From assembly GCA_038087875.1 (NCBI GenBank), contig CM075978.1, positions 145,204,001-145,268,000 on the forward strand: a stretch of 64,000 nucleotides of DNA. Direction: 5' to 3'. Position numbers and translations under genes: made by a program. The notes below the pieces were generated by a model, which worked only from the letters and a program-made list of their open reading frames with translations, did not search any database and was not told the DNA's origin. Positions 26,151-39,334 of the stretch are shown in pieces; within the stretch, counting starts at the first letter, position 1, and each line of letters begins with the position of its first letter. Source of the stretch: Malacoraja senta. Lineage: Eukaryota.

Positions 26151-26439
26151 TCTGCCAGACTAAGGGCTGGTTTGTTAAATGTTGTTATGTGTAGGTGCAC
26201 TTTTCACTCTTAATTAGCCAGGGTGGGGTGTGTGACTGATGGTATTGTTGCATTATATATAATTTTTTTTAATTAAAAAAATATATATATTTCTATTTTA
26301 TGTTTCTGTATATTTTTGTATTTTTCTTTTGTGTATTATTTGAGTGTTTCTTATTAACATCTTTTTTTCATTTCATGTATCTTCTTTGCACCGTTAATGT
26401 AATCGGTTTTAACTCATTACACTTCGTAGATGTAAACTC

Positions 26440-27660
26440 CATCCTTGATGTTACCAAGGATTTGGTTGAATGGGGTCAGGAATTTGAGTCTTGGAGCATG
26501 CCAAAGATGTGGGTGTTCCCCAGCCAGAAACCATGGCTGAACCACTCCCTGGTGAAGGCTAAGTCAGTGGCATTCAAGTCAGGCAATCCTGGTCTGTACA
26601 ATAATTTAATATTCCACCTTTGCAAAGCTGTCAAGAATGCAAAGGAAAATTCTGGACCAAGCTGGAGCAGCAGAATAACCACAGGGACACTTGTCGAATT
26701 TTGGCAAGGCTTGCAGGACATTGCGGGCGACAAAGTGAAGTCGGGTAGTTTTGCAAGCAACATTGTATTCTTCCTCAATGAGCTCAATGCATTCTATGCT
26801 TGTTTTGAGATGGAATTATGTCATTTGCACTGATGATCTTGGGTTCACTAGTACCATGATCAACATCAGATCGGCTTTCCTCAAAAGCTGGTATCAGTAT
26901 GAGTGGACATCTGCAGCCTCTCCTAAATCTTTTGAGGTTTCTACCAGTTGTGAAAAGACTACTATTTTCAGTGCCAAAAGAGAGCAAAGGAGCGTTCTTT
27001 AATGTCTACCATCCGGCAGCTCTTATGTCCACTATTGGGCAGTGCTTCAAGAGACTGATCATGGCACACATCAGCCTTCCAGAAGCTTTGATCCTCTGCA
27101 ATTCACCCACACTATAAACAGACACCATCTCCCTAGTCCTACATATATCCCTGGAATATCTGGACACTAAGGACACCTGGGTCGGACTCCTATTATTTGA
27201 TTACTACTCTGCCTTCAATTCCATAGTTCCCACCAAACTTATGGGCAAATTCTTGGTGCTTTGAATCAGTACCCCCTCTGCAACTGGATCTTTGACTTCA
27301 TGACCAATAGACCACAATCAGTATCAAAAAAGTTGGTGGAGATAGTTGAGAGCTTCAAGAGCAGCCAATGTAATAAAGGACCACTCATAAAAGGTTATTC
27401 CCTTTTCCCTCGCCTGTTGGGCAATTGCTTGAAAGCAAGACCATCAAATTTAAGAACTTCTTCTTCCCTGCTGTTATCACACTCTTGAATGGGCCTCACT
27501 TTAGCTAATGATGTATTCCTGATCTCACAATCTACCTCATTGTGGCCCTGGCTCTTTCCCTGTACCTGTAATACTATATTCTGTACACTGTTTTATTTTT
27601 CTTTTGCACCACCTATTGTACTCTGTTGTAATTGTGTACGGATGATTTTACCTGGATAGC
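26440..27660 (+). mobile_element. Heavily decayed Rex1/Babar LINE
   Basis: FPSQKPW...WQGLQDI...NELNAFYACFE; DYYSAFNSIVP-like segment at about 27200; LCNWIFDF. Confidence 0.7.
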
Positions 27661-27684
27661 ACGCGATTACAAAGTTTTTCCACT

Positions 27685-27942
27685 GTTTAGTTTTAATTTG
27701 GAGATACAGCAAAGGATCAGGCCCTTTGGCCCACCAAGTCTGTGCCAACTAGCGATCACCCACCCACTAGTTCTATCCCACCCACTAGGGTCAATTTACA
27801 GAAGCCAATTAAACTACATGGTTAGTTTAGAGATACCGCGTGGAAAGTGGCCCTTCGTCCTACCAAGTCTGTGCCAACCAGCGATCACCTGGACACTAGT
27901 TCTATCCCACCCACTAGGGTCAATTTACAGAAGCCAGCATTA
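27685..27942 (-). repeat. Two tandem V-SINE 3' tails (about 130 bp each)
   Basis: CCAAGTCTGTGCCAAC and CACTAGTTCTATCCCACCCACTAGGGTCAATTTACAGAAGCCA each occur twice. Confidence 0.75.
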
Positions 27943-27969
27943 ACGATGCAACAGTTTATTTGAGGGAAA

Positions 27970-27986
27970 GCTCCCCCTGCTGGTCA
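27970..27986 (-). promoter_or_regulatory. CTCF-like motif
   Basis: Minus strand TGACCAGCAGGGGGAGC, a close match to the CTCF core; motif only. Confidence 0.45.
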
Positions 27987-28364
27987 TTTTACCTGTGATT
28001 TGCCGTTCAATGTGCCGCCCTAACATGCATCCTTCTTCCTCTTCCCTGTTTCTTCTCTTCCCCTTACAATTGGTCTGAAGAGCAGTCCTGACCTGAAACA
28101 GCACCTGTCCATGTTCTCCAGAGATGCTCCTGAGTTATGCCAGTACTACGTGCCCTTCTGTGTATTAACTAGCATCTGCAGTTCCTCGTTTTTACATCTT
28201 TCCATCTGATTTTGATAGCAGAGTGGGTTATAAAGACTGCTAAATTTTCAATCAGCACTTTCTGAATTTATCTTTCAAAAATGGTTTCAGCAGTGTTCAG
28301 CATTCAAACATTAATAATTTTTATGGGCTTATAAAAATGTGATGTGAGAGGAGAAAAGCCTCAG

Positions 28365-29125
28365 ATATATCCATCCAAGGACCCCAGCAACCCTTCCAGG
28401 TGAGACCGCATCAAGTGCACTTCCTTTAACCTTATCAACTGCATTTGGTGCTTCCGCTGTGGCCTCCTTTACATCGGTGACACCAAGCGTAGTCTGGGTA
28501 TTGTTTCGCCAAACACACATGCTCAGTCCGCCAAGGCCAACTGGATCTCCTGCTTGCTAGCCATTTTGACTCTCCTCCCCATTCCCATACTGAACTTTCT
28601 GTCCTGGGCTGCCTCTATTGCCAGAGTGAGTTCACATGCAAGCTGGAGGAACGGCACCTTGTAGCTTTCAACCCACCGATCTGAACATTGAATTCTCCAA
28701 TTTTATGTAACACCTCTGCCCACTTTTTATCTCCTCTTCCTCTCTGTGCTCCACCCAGGTGCCCATCCATTTTTCCCATTCTCCCACCCCTCTTTCCCCT
28801 TCTCCCATGTCCCCTTCCACAAATATTGCTTCCTTTTGGATTCACATTTTGTTCCTTATTAGCTTGCATTCTTTTGTCTCCTCTTCAACTCTAGCCTTTG
28901 TCCATCCTTCTACAAATCAAACCCTCATCACTCATATCAATCTATCACTTGCTGGTCTTTGTCCCGGCCCCAAACCTTTTCCAGCTTTCTCCCCATGGCC
29001 ACAATCAGTCTGAAGAAGGGTCCTGACCCGAAACATCGCCTATGTCCTCCAGAGATCTTGCCTGACCTGCTGAGTTACTCTAGAACTTTATTTTTTGTAC
29101 ACCACCATCTGCAATTCCTTGTGCC
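28365..29125 (+). mobile_element. Penelope-like element 3' part: GIY-YIG endonuclease remnant and pseudo-LTR
   Basis: Translates to CTSFNLINCIWCFRCGLLYIGDTKRSLG / HTCSVRQ...ASHFDSPPHSHTELSVLG...KLEERHL / LNIEFSNF*, followed by a pyrimidine-rich UTR and a hammerhead-like core at 29010-29037. Confidence 0.85.
29010..29037 (+). ncRNA. Minimal type I hammerhead ribozyme-like core
   Basis: CTGAAGA-A-GGGTC-CT-GACCC-GAAA-CATC inside the Penelope pseudo-LTR. Confidence 0.55.
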
Positions 29126-29999
29126 TCCAAGGTTGAGTATTAGTTTATTAATTGGAGTGAACTTGAATTGTAGTCAATTTACATGGATGCAAATCTATCA
29201 GCCAATTTAAAGATGGCTAAAATGATAATCATATTGGAAAGGCTTTTGGTGTTCAATGAAATTTGGGTGCTTAGTTTTAAAGTAATAATTTTTAAGAATT
29301 AGGAAGTCTTTTCAACATGCTTTTTTCAAAGTTCATCTGCTTGTCTGCCATGCCACTTTTATACCTATTATTTAATTGAAAAGAATAATTTTGTCTCCCA
29401 TTTCTGTTTCAAAAATAATCAAGCATGGCTACAATTATATTTATACGTGAATTCCTCCTTCAGGCATGTGGAGCGCCATTTCTTATTAAGGCTTCTGCAG
29501 ACTTGAATCAATGATTGAATTTTTTTTAGATGACGCTGAGATTCATGTGCTTGCAATGTTAACTGAATGGTGCAGCAACTTGATAAAAGGAACATAGTTT
29601 AATGTAGACACTGCAGAATGAAGGGTGCAAGGATTACTTTAATGTTTAATGGGGGTCTTTAAAATGACTGAGATTTTGTTGCTGCATATCTAATGTTGCT
29701 ATCCCCATTACAGATTTAACTGATTGGTTTTTAAGTGTTTTGTCATATTCTGGCTGGAACAAACCATTATTTAAGTCTAAGTGTAGTTTGCAAAATATTC
29801 CCCTGCATGCTGTGACTTCCCCCCCACATAGAGATTTGCTAGTCAATTGGCTACCATAAGATACCTAAATTGTAATGGGTGGTAGGAAAAGTGACAGAAG
29901 TTGATGGCATAGGTTACTGGAAATGAGTGGGGAAATGTCGACTAACGGGATTGTTCTGAGAGTTAGCCTCCTTTATCATAGAAGAGTATGAAATTCAAA

Positions 30000-30292
30000 A
30001 TGTATTTGCAAATCTTCAATCCTTTTCTCTTGCACCTTTTCTCCGTCTCTGGTCCTTGTCCAGCCATCTGCCTATCAAAACTCCCCCCACGCCTGTGGTC
30101 ACCTATTACTTGCCACGCTTTGTCCTGCCCCTCTCTTCTAGCTTTCTTCCCCTTCCTACAATCAGTCTGAAGAAGGGTCCCAACCCAAAGTGTCACCTAT
30201 CCATGTTCTTCAGGGATGCAGCCTGCTCTGCTGAGTTACTCCAGCACTTTGTGGGGTTTTTGTAAACCAGCATCTCCATTTCCTTGTTTCTC
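30000..30292 (+). mobile_element. Penelope pseudo-LTR fragment
   Basis: Same family as 28900-29125; degenerate core at about 30167. Confidence 0.65.
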
Positions 30293-30295
30293 CAA

Positions 30296-30550
30296 ATTTG
30301 TCCACCCTCTCCTTGCATTCTTTAACGCAGGCAGCATTCTGATAAACCTCTTCTGCACCTTCTCCAAAGCCTCCACATCCTTCCTGTAATGAGGCAACAA
30401 GAACTGCATGCTATCTTCCAAATGTGGCCTAACCAAATTCCTATAAAACTGCAATATGACATCCAGACTTCTTGTCGATGAAGGCAAGCAAAGCATACTT
30501 TATCTTTACCATTCAGTCTCCATGTGTTGCCATTTACAGGAAGCACTTAA
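30296..30550 (-). mobile_element. CR1 fragment
   Basis: LVRPHLEDSMQFLLPHYRKDVEALEKVQKRF. Confidence 0.8.
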
Positions 30551-30844
30551 TACCTGCCTCCTCCATTGCAAGAATTGCCTTCCACAGAACACAATTTCAC
30601 ATAATATTCGAGCTGTATGTTGGAGGGAATTTTTTTTGTTTGACCTGGCAGCACACAGGGACAATCTCTTAGAACGGTGGTGAGCTTTTCAGGGCCTTAA
30701 CTATATACTGGGAAATGCTTTGAGAGAACCCAAGGTGTGTCAACTACTCACACCATCTACAGGCTTTTATACAAGCTCAGCACACTGGTTATGCAGATTT
30801 TACATTTTTGGAATAATTCAACAGCGATCAATATTTCTCTGTAG

Positions 30845-31627
30845 TCAAAGTCAATTTTACTCGTCCCATGCACCCGAAGGTGCAGTGAAATGAATTTGCC
30901 AGCAGCGATCTACTTAAAAAGAACACGCAATACACAATAAGATTCAACACAAACATCCATCACAGCATTCTTCACTTCACAAAGTTCAGTCAATCCTCCT
31001 CCTTTGTTCACCCGTGGTCGGGGCCATAAACCTCCGTAGTCACCGCAACGGACGGCCCGATGTACAGGCCCTCTCGTCGGGATGATCCAAACTCTGATGT
31101 CAGGACGGTCGAACACACTCCACGGCTTGGAGTGCCCGAATCGGCACTTTCTTACCGGAGAGCGCGGCTTCAGGATGTCATAGGCCACAGGCTGGCGGTC
31201 GGAGCTCTTCGGCAATCCCCGGCAAGGGATCCCAGACTCCCGATGGTAAGTCCGCGGCTAGAAGCTCTGCAGACCACAGCCCCATGATGTCAATGTCACC
31301 AGGCCAGGGATCGGGGCACTCCTCTCTGGCAACCCCCGGCAAGAGTTTGCCCGCTCCGCAATGGAAAAAGTCCACGCTGCGCCCGCTGCTGTAGCTCTGG
31401 TCCCGACTCTGGGAAAGGCTGCTCCAATCCATGCTGTTAGCCCGCGAGGGTGGCGACATGGAAAAAGTCGCCTCTCCGTCGAGGAGGTGACCGAAAGTGC
31501 CCCCCCCCCCCCATCCCCTACACAAGACATACCGAGAGACACTAAAACAAACATTTGGACACACCAAAAAAACAAAAAAAGTCAAACATGCTGCTGGCAG
31601 GGCAGCCGACTCGCAGCGCCCCCACCG
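30845..31627 (-). mobile_element. GC-rich non-autonomous retroelement (SINE-like), similar in layout to 17285-18000
   Basis: CpG-rich body, poly-C and A-rich block and Rex1-type tail in the same order as the 17.3-kb element. Confidence 0.5.
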
Positions 31628-33774
31628 ACCAAAATTCTGTGTCATCTTTGTTTTTACCTAAAGTTATCTTTCACCTTCTATTTCCCACTATTTAGAAAAC
31701 TATTCTCCCATTTGTCTGCCAAATGGGTACAATAAAGGTCACCTCCACTTCCTGATCAGTTTTATTGCCCTCTACAATTGCCTGATTTACAATCTCCTAT
31801 GTTTGTTTTTACTTCTACTTCCTAAATCTCTTTATTGCCTCGCCCAACATGATCTTTAAGTTTGCTTCTCTATGTTGGCCTCTTTTCCCATCATGCTTCT
31901 CTAGTATGCAATCTCTTGCTTTAAACATATTTAAAAATTGAATGAATGAATGATACTTTATTATCACATGTGACATGTCACAGTGAGATTCTTTGTTTTG
32001 AATACACAAGTATGCAAAGAGTTGCCACATAGGGTGCCCACAAAGTTACAAAATATTCCATTTGGTCCCCCTTTGTTCTCGGTGCCCCCCCCCCCTCTTC
32101 ACCCACCACACCGGATCCCTCTATGTTCCCGGTGGAACATCTGCCACACATGTGGCCCCGTCCGACCTCCAGCACCCACGCGGCCCGTCCTCTGCAATTA
32201 TTCAGACCAGTCTGAAGAAGCGTCTCGACTTGAAACGTTACCTATTCCTTGAAGGCCAACATACTATTTTCTGCCTCAACTGCCTGCTACATCTGCATGT
32301 TTGCCTTCATCAACTGGTGCACACAAGCAACCTGGTTTCATTGTACCTTCCCTTTATTAACCTGCCACCATTGAGACAATTGGCCTTCCTGTTTCTGCCA
32401 CCAAATTGGTTAACCTCTTATTGTCCACTTCATACTGCATCTGCCATGCACCGCCCCACTCACTCAACCTATCTGAATTGTTCATCTTCTTCACAGCAAC
32501 AGCTGTGTCACTTGCAAACTGTAAGATAGTGCATTTAATTCCTTTGCCTTGTGATGTCTTGGTGATTTGTTAGAAAACAAGTTTAACAAAATTGCCACAC
32601 AGAATTGCACTGCAGAATATAAAGTGATAATTTTTTTCTGAGTGCACTTGTGATTATTATGTATTAAAATTTGAAAGTGAAAGTAAGCCCTTATTAGGTT
32701 TTTATTGGTACACTGTATAGATTTGCAATTGCTATCACATTTATTCAATATGACAAAGATTTTGGCTTCTGTAATCAAGAGTTCTGTTTTGGGGACCATG
32801 TGTACAAACATTCTTTCATCGATGGCAATTTTAAAATGTGTTGTGGAACGTCACTTTATTATAACGCCATCATCTGTCTTCACTTTCTAAAGGATTAGAG
32901 TTCTGGAGAACCAGCAGCCACTTTTGAATAATGGCACACCAGGGATTGGGATTTATGCTGCATATCGCAAGACAAGTAGAATTACAACATCCAATGATAG
33001 ACCAAAACCTGTACATTACCACTGCTGGAAGCGTGAAACAAAAGTAGCAGGTCTGCAGAAAAGGGAGAGAAAAAATTGGCAGGTACAGAACTGATAACTC
33101 TGATCAAGATGTGTTTTTACATTTTAACTGTTTGATCTAAGGATTTCCAACTTTTTCCATTTTGCACAATGTAACTGGGCTTTATTGAAGTTGAACAGTA
33201 ACATTTACGTCTGAGAGGTGGAAAAGTGACATTATAGCCCATAAGAATTGCTATTGGAATGTAGGAAATGGTTGTGAATAAAAATAACCTAAAAAAAACT
33301 GCAGGTGCTGCGAATTGGCAACACGATCTGAAAATGGTGGTAACACTAAGCAGGTCATGCAGAAAAGAGAAATTTATAATAAAATTGTGACACAAAGACA
33401 TTGTTGTACTCTGGTCTATTTTTGTAGACAGAGGTGCCAGTATACATATCAATTTAAGCTGCATTTATCAACAATATTTTTCTCTCAATATACCCCTCTT
33501 TCCTGTTTGTTATGACCAGTCAACTTCTAAATTTAATTAACTAATAACTGAAGTATAAAGGTACTAGATTAGAATTAAACTATTATTAAAATAACACAGC
33601 TAAAATTGACCAGTTTCTATTTTGGAGGTTCCTGTACAGCATTCCAGTGTGTACCATCACAAAATAGCACAATTTGTATGTACGGTCACCTTTGTTAATT
33701 AAAATGCCAATCCATGTTCGAAAATAAAACATCTTTTAGATGTTACAACTTAAAGTTCTTGTTTATGCGTGCAT

Positions 33775-34230
33775 AATTGAATTGAATTAAATTGAATAAA
33801 TGTTTTTAGCCAAGTATGTATACATACAAGGAATTTGCCTTGGTGCTTTGCTCGCAAGTAACAACACAATATACAGTAGACAATTAAAAATAAAACATTA
33901 TAATTTAAACATGTGAAGAATGAAATAAAATACCAGAGCACAAGGAGGCTACAGACTTTTGGTTGTTAAGCAGAGCTACTGCTCGTGGAAAAAAGCAGTT
34001 TTTATGTCTGGCTGTGGCAGCTTTGACAGTCTGGGGTCGCCTTCCAGAGGGAAGTGCTTCAAAGAGTTTGTGGGCAGGGTGAGAGGGGTCAGAAATGATC
34101 TTACCCGCTCTCTTCCTGGCCCTTGCAGCGTACAGCTCGTCAATGGGGAGGAAGGTTGCAGCCAACAACCTTCTCGGCTGATCGAATGATGTGCTGCTTG
34201 GTGGCTGAGCCAAACCAGACCATGATGGAG
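33775..34230 (-). mobile_element. Rex1/Babar 3' fragment
   Basis: Near copy of 6716-7200 (RARKRAGKIISDPSHP...LPSGRR). Confidence 0.85.
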
Positions 34231-36217
34231 ATATGTCTCACATTTAAAATAATTCTATTAACACGTTTTTCATATTAACATAAAATTTAATGATTGTAAA
34301 ATGAAAGATCAATTTTCTAAATTAATACATGGGTATAAGTTTTGAGGGCTTGCTGCTTTGAATTTTTACATGTCAATTTGTATCATCATATATTTAAATT
34401 ACTGCTTTGACAATGCTTTAAACTAAAGAGAGCATTTCCGGTAACTGGAGAGAACTAAGCAATTGGTACAATAGTCGCTTGGAGATTTGTGACAGAAGAA
34501 CGCGCAAATGCTCAACCTGCAATATTTAATTTACTGCTGCCTATACCACTCAGTTTGTCTTGGATATTCTGAGTCAAATATATCTCAAGCAGGGACTAGA
34601 TCACTTTTTTTAATGTTTTCTCAGTGTGTGGATTAAAATACTGTCAATGATATGCCTGCAAATACATAAATTAGGTTTTGTGGAAATTGTTGAAATGAAA
34701 TAAAACCTCTTCAAAAAAGAACGTATGGGATATCGTGCACAATTTTAAAATTAAAATTAAAAAAAAATCCTAACTCCTGATTTGATTTACCACCTCACAA
34801 TGCAAACTGTCACATGATCACCTATGCTCTTCAAATTCATGCCCATCTTCCTCTGCTTTCTTGACTTTATTTTTAGTAATGGAAAAAGATAAAACAAAGA
34901 AATACGTTCAATTTGCTACATCCTTGCTTGTGGTCTTAAAATCTGTTCTGCGGTGATGTAAAGTACATATTTGTTTTTAAAATTGTCCACGCAAATGATT
35001 TGGAACGCTATTGCGGGGAATTGCCAGCAACAACCAGAAATAGTCATACCAACAGAATCATAATTTAATGCAAAGATTCCAAACTCCTTCACAGTACGTG
35101 GATATGCCTTGGTCCATTCCCCTTGAGGTTTATCCCACAGATGTTGGCCTACAGTTGGGTGGCACTTGGCATCGTCAATGTTGACATTTGACTGAATGGG
35201 GATAGACACAAAAATGCTGGAGTAATTCAGCGGGTCAGGAAGCATCTCTGGAGAAAAAGCATGGGTGATGTTTCAGGTCGGAACCCTTCAGACTGCATAA
35301 CATGAGGAGATTTTGCAGTGGAGCAGACAAATTTGTGGAAAGGAATTGCAGATGCTGGTATATACCAAAGATACACACAAAGTGCTGGAATAACTCAGTG
35401 GGTCAGTCTGAAAAAGGGTTCCAACCCAAAACGGCACCCATCCTTTTTCTCCAGAGATACTGCCTGACATGCTGAGTTTTTCCAGCACTTTGACTGGCTT
35501 AGCCACAGGTCAAACATGTGCTGATCGCTACTTGCTGTTCTCCTTCTGGATCTGCATTCCTCTACATTGGACATCGCTTAGAAGAAAGTATGAATTGTAT
35601 GGTTTAGCTATCATTGAATATTCTGAAAGACGTAATTGGTCAAGGTTGTGACTTTCTCCATGCCAAACTCCCTATTGTAGATGTACCTGTCGTTTACATC
35701 ATTGCTCATACACAATCCTTGTAGGGATAAAATCATTACATCAAGGACATCCATTTTTATGGTGCGACATGCTTACGCCATCATACTAAATGGGATAGAT
35801 TGAGAACTAATCCAGCTGTTTACTGCTGTGATTTTGTGCATCATCATCATTAGCGACACAGTTGATTCCAAAACCGCATCGACTTGAATAAGCTTCGTTT
35901 CAGCATTTCTATAAACCCAGGCAACTTATCCTGCTTTAATGAAAGATATGGTGAGCAGCATCAGTCAGGTAAACCTAAAAATGAGACGCAAATGGGTATC
36001 GAGGATCCTTTGTAAAACTAGGAATCAAAACAAATACCCTCTTTAGTGGCTGAAGTTGTACCATGGAGGGGGGGGGAGAGATGGGGGCAATTAAAACACA
36101 TTTGTTGAAACATGTTCTTGAAGAAGTGCAGAACAATATTCGTTCACTGCAGAACATTTATGGATGACTAACGCACTCTAGTGGCTACAGCCTGGAAGTA
36201 CAGTAGACTTAGCTTGG

Positions 36218-36418
36218 CCAGATACAAAATGCTAGAGTAACTCAGCAGGTCAGGCAGCGTCTCTGGAGAAAATGTTTAGGGTTGGGACCCAAAAAGTCTG
36301 AGGGTTCCAACCCAAAACATCACTTATCCATTTTGTCTGGAGATACTGCCTGACCTGCTGAGGTACTCCAGCATTTTGTGCCTATCTGGTATAAACCAGC
36401 ATCTGCAGTTCCTTTTTA
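36218..36418. repeat. Fold-back Penelope pseudo-LTR derivative
   Basis: Inverted arms ACAAAATGCTAGAGTAACTCAGCAGGTCAGGCAG / CTGCCTGACCTGCTGAGGTACTCCAGCATTTTGT; a similar unit lies at 35340-35492. Confidence 0.7.
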
Positions 36419-37586
36419 TTACAGACTTAGCTTGGACTTGACCATGAATAATGCACAATGATTCAAAGCCAGGCTGCTTTTTCTCCACTTTAATTGTTTT
36501 AAATCTAGCCTCAAATAATCTGCCATGCAATCTATTTCACCAGGTCATCCCCATAACAACCTCTGCAAGGTGTGCTTTTTAGGCCAGACATTTCTGCTGA
36601 CCATGTACTATGAATGAGGTAACCCAGCCCTCTTCAATGATAGTGGCCTTTCATTAGAGTTCTGTGATGTCACAGACAGTACAATATCAGGCCTTAATCT
36701 AGATTCTCCCCATTCTTCCAGATTCTTGTTTAAATGTTGACATCGCTTCTGGCAAGCTTTGCCTATTTGTTTCTAAGTCTAACCAATCTCTCCTTATAAC
36801 TAATAACCTCTAATGCAGCATCATTCTAGTAAACCTCTTCTGTACCCTCTCTAAAGCCTCACATCCTTCCTGTAATGGAGTGACAAGAACTTTGTGCTAT
36901 GCTCCAAATGCAACCTAACCAAAACCCTATGAAGCTGCATGACTTCCAGACATACTCAATGCCCTGACCAATGAAGGCAAGCATACCATATGCTGTCTTT
37001 ACCACTCTATATACACTTTGCCATTTTCAATGAGCTAAGGACCGGGTTCCCCAATCCCTCTACATCAATGCTGTTAATGGTCATGCCATTTGATTTCCCA
37101 AAATGCAGCGCCTCACACTTGCTTAGAGTAAACTTCATCTGCCATTTCTAATCTATGATTTCAGTCCAACCTCTCATTGTGGCATGACATAACATCTTGT
37201 ATCTGAGGGATCAGTTCAGACCTGTTAGGTCTTGGCTGTGTTCACAAATATTATGGAGTCATAGAACTAAACAGGCTGGGAACAGGCCCTTCAGCCCAAT
37301 CCCTCAGCCTACTATGCTCTCAAGGAAAAGAGACATGGCCTTTTGTTATAACTCAAACCTTCCAGACACAATAACATGATGGGAATCTCTTTATCCTTTC
37401 CAGTTTAATTACATCTTTCTCACAGGACGACCAGAACTGTAAATGGTCCTCCACATTTGGCCATACCAATGTCTTATGGTTGCAACATAACATAGTCATA
37501 CAGCGTGGAATCAGACCCTTCGGCCCAACATGCCCCACCTACACTACACTAGTCCCATGTGCCTGCATTTGGCCCATATATCTATT

Positions 37587-37832
37587 TGGTTTAGTTTAGA
37601 GACACAGCGCAGAAACCGATCCTTTGACCCACGAGTCCACACTGACCAGTGATTCACGTACACCAACTCTATCCGACACACTAGGGACAATTTACAATTA
37701 TACCAAGCCAATTAATCTACAAACCTGTACGTCCTTGGAGTGTGGGAGGAAACCAGAGCTCCCGGAGAAAACCCCAACAGGTCACGGGGAGAACGTACAA
37801 ACTCTGTACAGACAGCACCCGTAGTCAGGATC
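37587..37832 (-). mobile_element. V-SINE (HE1-like)
   Basis: Reverse V-domain GTGGGAGGAAACCAGAGCTCCCGGAGAAAACCC and (CTAAA)n tail. Confidence 0.8.
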
Positions 37833-38089
37833 TGATATTACCTGCCTCAAATACTTCCTCCAGCAGTTTGTTCCATACAACCACAACTCGTTGTGTAAAA
37901 AAATTGCCCTTCAGGCCCCTATTAATTCTTACCCCCTCTTAACTTAAACCTATGTCCTCTGGGTAAATGCACAGAGTAGCATGGGGAGAATCAATCTATT
38001 CCTCTCTTGATTTTGTTCACCTCTATCCTTGTGTGCCCCAAGGAATAAAGTCCCAGCCTGCTCAACCTCTCAAAAACATTTTTGAGAGA

Positions 38090-38345
38090 GAGGGAAAGCA
38101 AAGGTCATTTGAAGTTAGAGAAATCTATATTCATACTGCTGGGTTGTAAGCTGCCTAAGTGAAATATGAGGTGCTGTTCTTCCAATTTGCATTGGGTCTC
38201 ACTCTGACAGTGGAGGACGCCCAGGTCAGAATGGGAGGGGGAGTTAAAGTGTTTAGCAACCGGGAGATCACGTGGGCCTGGGCGGACTGAGTGGAGGTGT
38301 TCAGTGAAATGATCGCCAAACCTGCACTTGGTCTCGCCAGTATAT
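38090..38345 (-). mobile_element. Penelope GIY-YIG fragment
   Basis: Reverse strand gives YTGETKCRFGDHFTEH...PVAKHFNS...KLEEQHLIFHLGSLQPSSMNIDF-like text. Confidence 0.75.
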
Positions 38346-38424
38346 ATAGGAGTATTGAATTATATACAGGGACAGGCTTATGGAAATTTTCGAGTGTCAG
38401 GAAATCTCAAATGTTGCCCTTTAT

Positions 38425-38438
38425 CCACTAGGTGGCAG
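38425..38438 (+). promoter_or_regulatory. CTCF-like motif
   Basis: CCACTAGGTGGCAG; motif only. Confidence 0.45.
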
Positions 38439-39334
38439 ATGATCCATTAAAATAGAGAATCAGTGTTGCATTTTAAGATTGTATGGGAGGTGATGATTGG
38501 CATTAGAACATAGAATGTAGAACAGCACAGCACAGGAATGGGCCTTTTGGCCCGCAATGATTGTGCCGAATATGAAGCTAAATTAAACGGATTTAATCTG
38601 CCTATACAAGATCCATGTCCCTCTATTCCCTGCACGTCCATGTGCCTAACTAAAAGCCTCTTAAATGCTACTATCATAATTACCACTATCGCATTGTATC
38701 GTATCTGCCTCCATTATCATCCCTGGCGAAGTGGAATCCAGGCCCCCACCATTACACGGCACATCTCCATTAAACTTTCCCCTCTCACCTTATAAGCCAT
38801 GCCCTCTAGTGTTGGCCATTTCCACCCTAGAAAAAAGCTTCTGACTGTCAACTCACAAGGAAAATATTCAAATAGAGGCAATTTTGGTCTGAAACTAAAC
38901 TCCCTTGCACTTGAGACCATTAAATCAAAGGTAATGTGTGTGTGTGTGGTTTACAAGCAAGTAAAAAAGTACTAGCTGGCACCTTGGTGTGCGCCCATAT
39001 GCCCATTAATAGCAATGCCCAGGGTGTATCGGCTTCCACTTGGCTTGGTTATCATTGCCAGATCTAGATATCCCTCTGTGAAGTCCTATAAATGGTAGTT
39101 GGTGTGCATCAACCAGCTCATGTTAAAATAAATCACCCATGGTTGCCTTCAACTCCAGAAACTGAAGTTTTGGACGTGAACTGCTGAGATCATGGACAAT
39201 CCCATGAGCAGCACATCTGAATGCTCTACCAACATGGTTTGGGAATTTGCACATTAGTTTGGGCATCTCCATACTGAGTTAGATATAACAGATAAGGGGG
39301 TGGCCAATTAATGATCCAGGCAGTGGGTGCATCA

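Larger units (their letters stand above)
20711..26300 (+). mobile_element. Near full-length decayed L1-clade LINE
   Basis: ORF1 remnant DLESRSRRNNIRIVGVPE...DRAHR...LFYPARLRI; ORF2 pieces TWNIRG, FLQETH, GGDLNC, KAPGPDGF, YRPLSLLN, LYADD, CDRC; many stops and frameshifts. Confidence 0.92.

Noticed and set aside
29200-29720. Unique stretch that could be a conserved non-coding element (also about 12200-12530 and 42050-42700)
   Set aside because: Cannot be supported without cross-species alignment.
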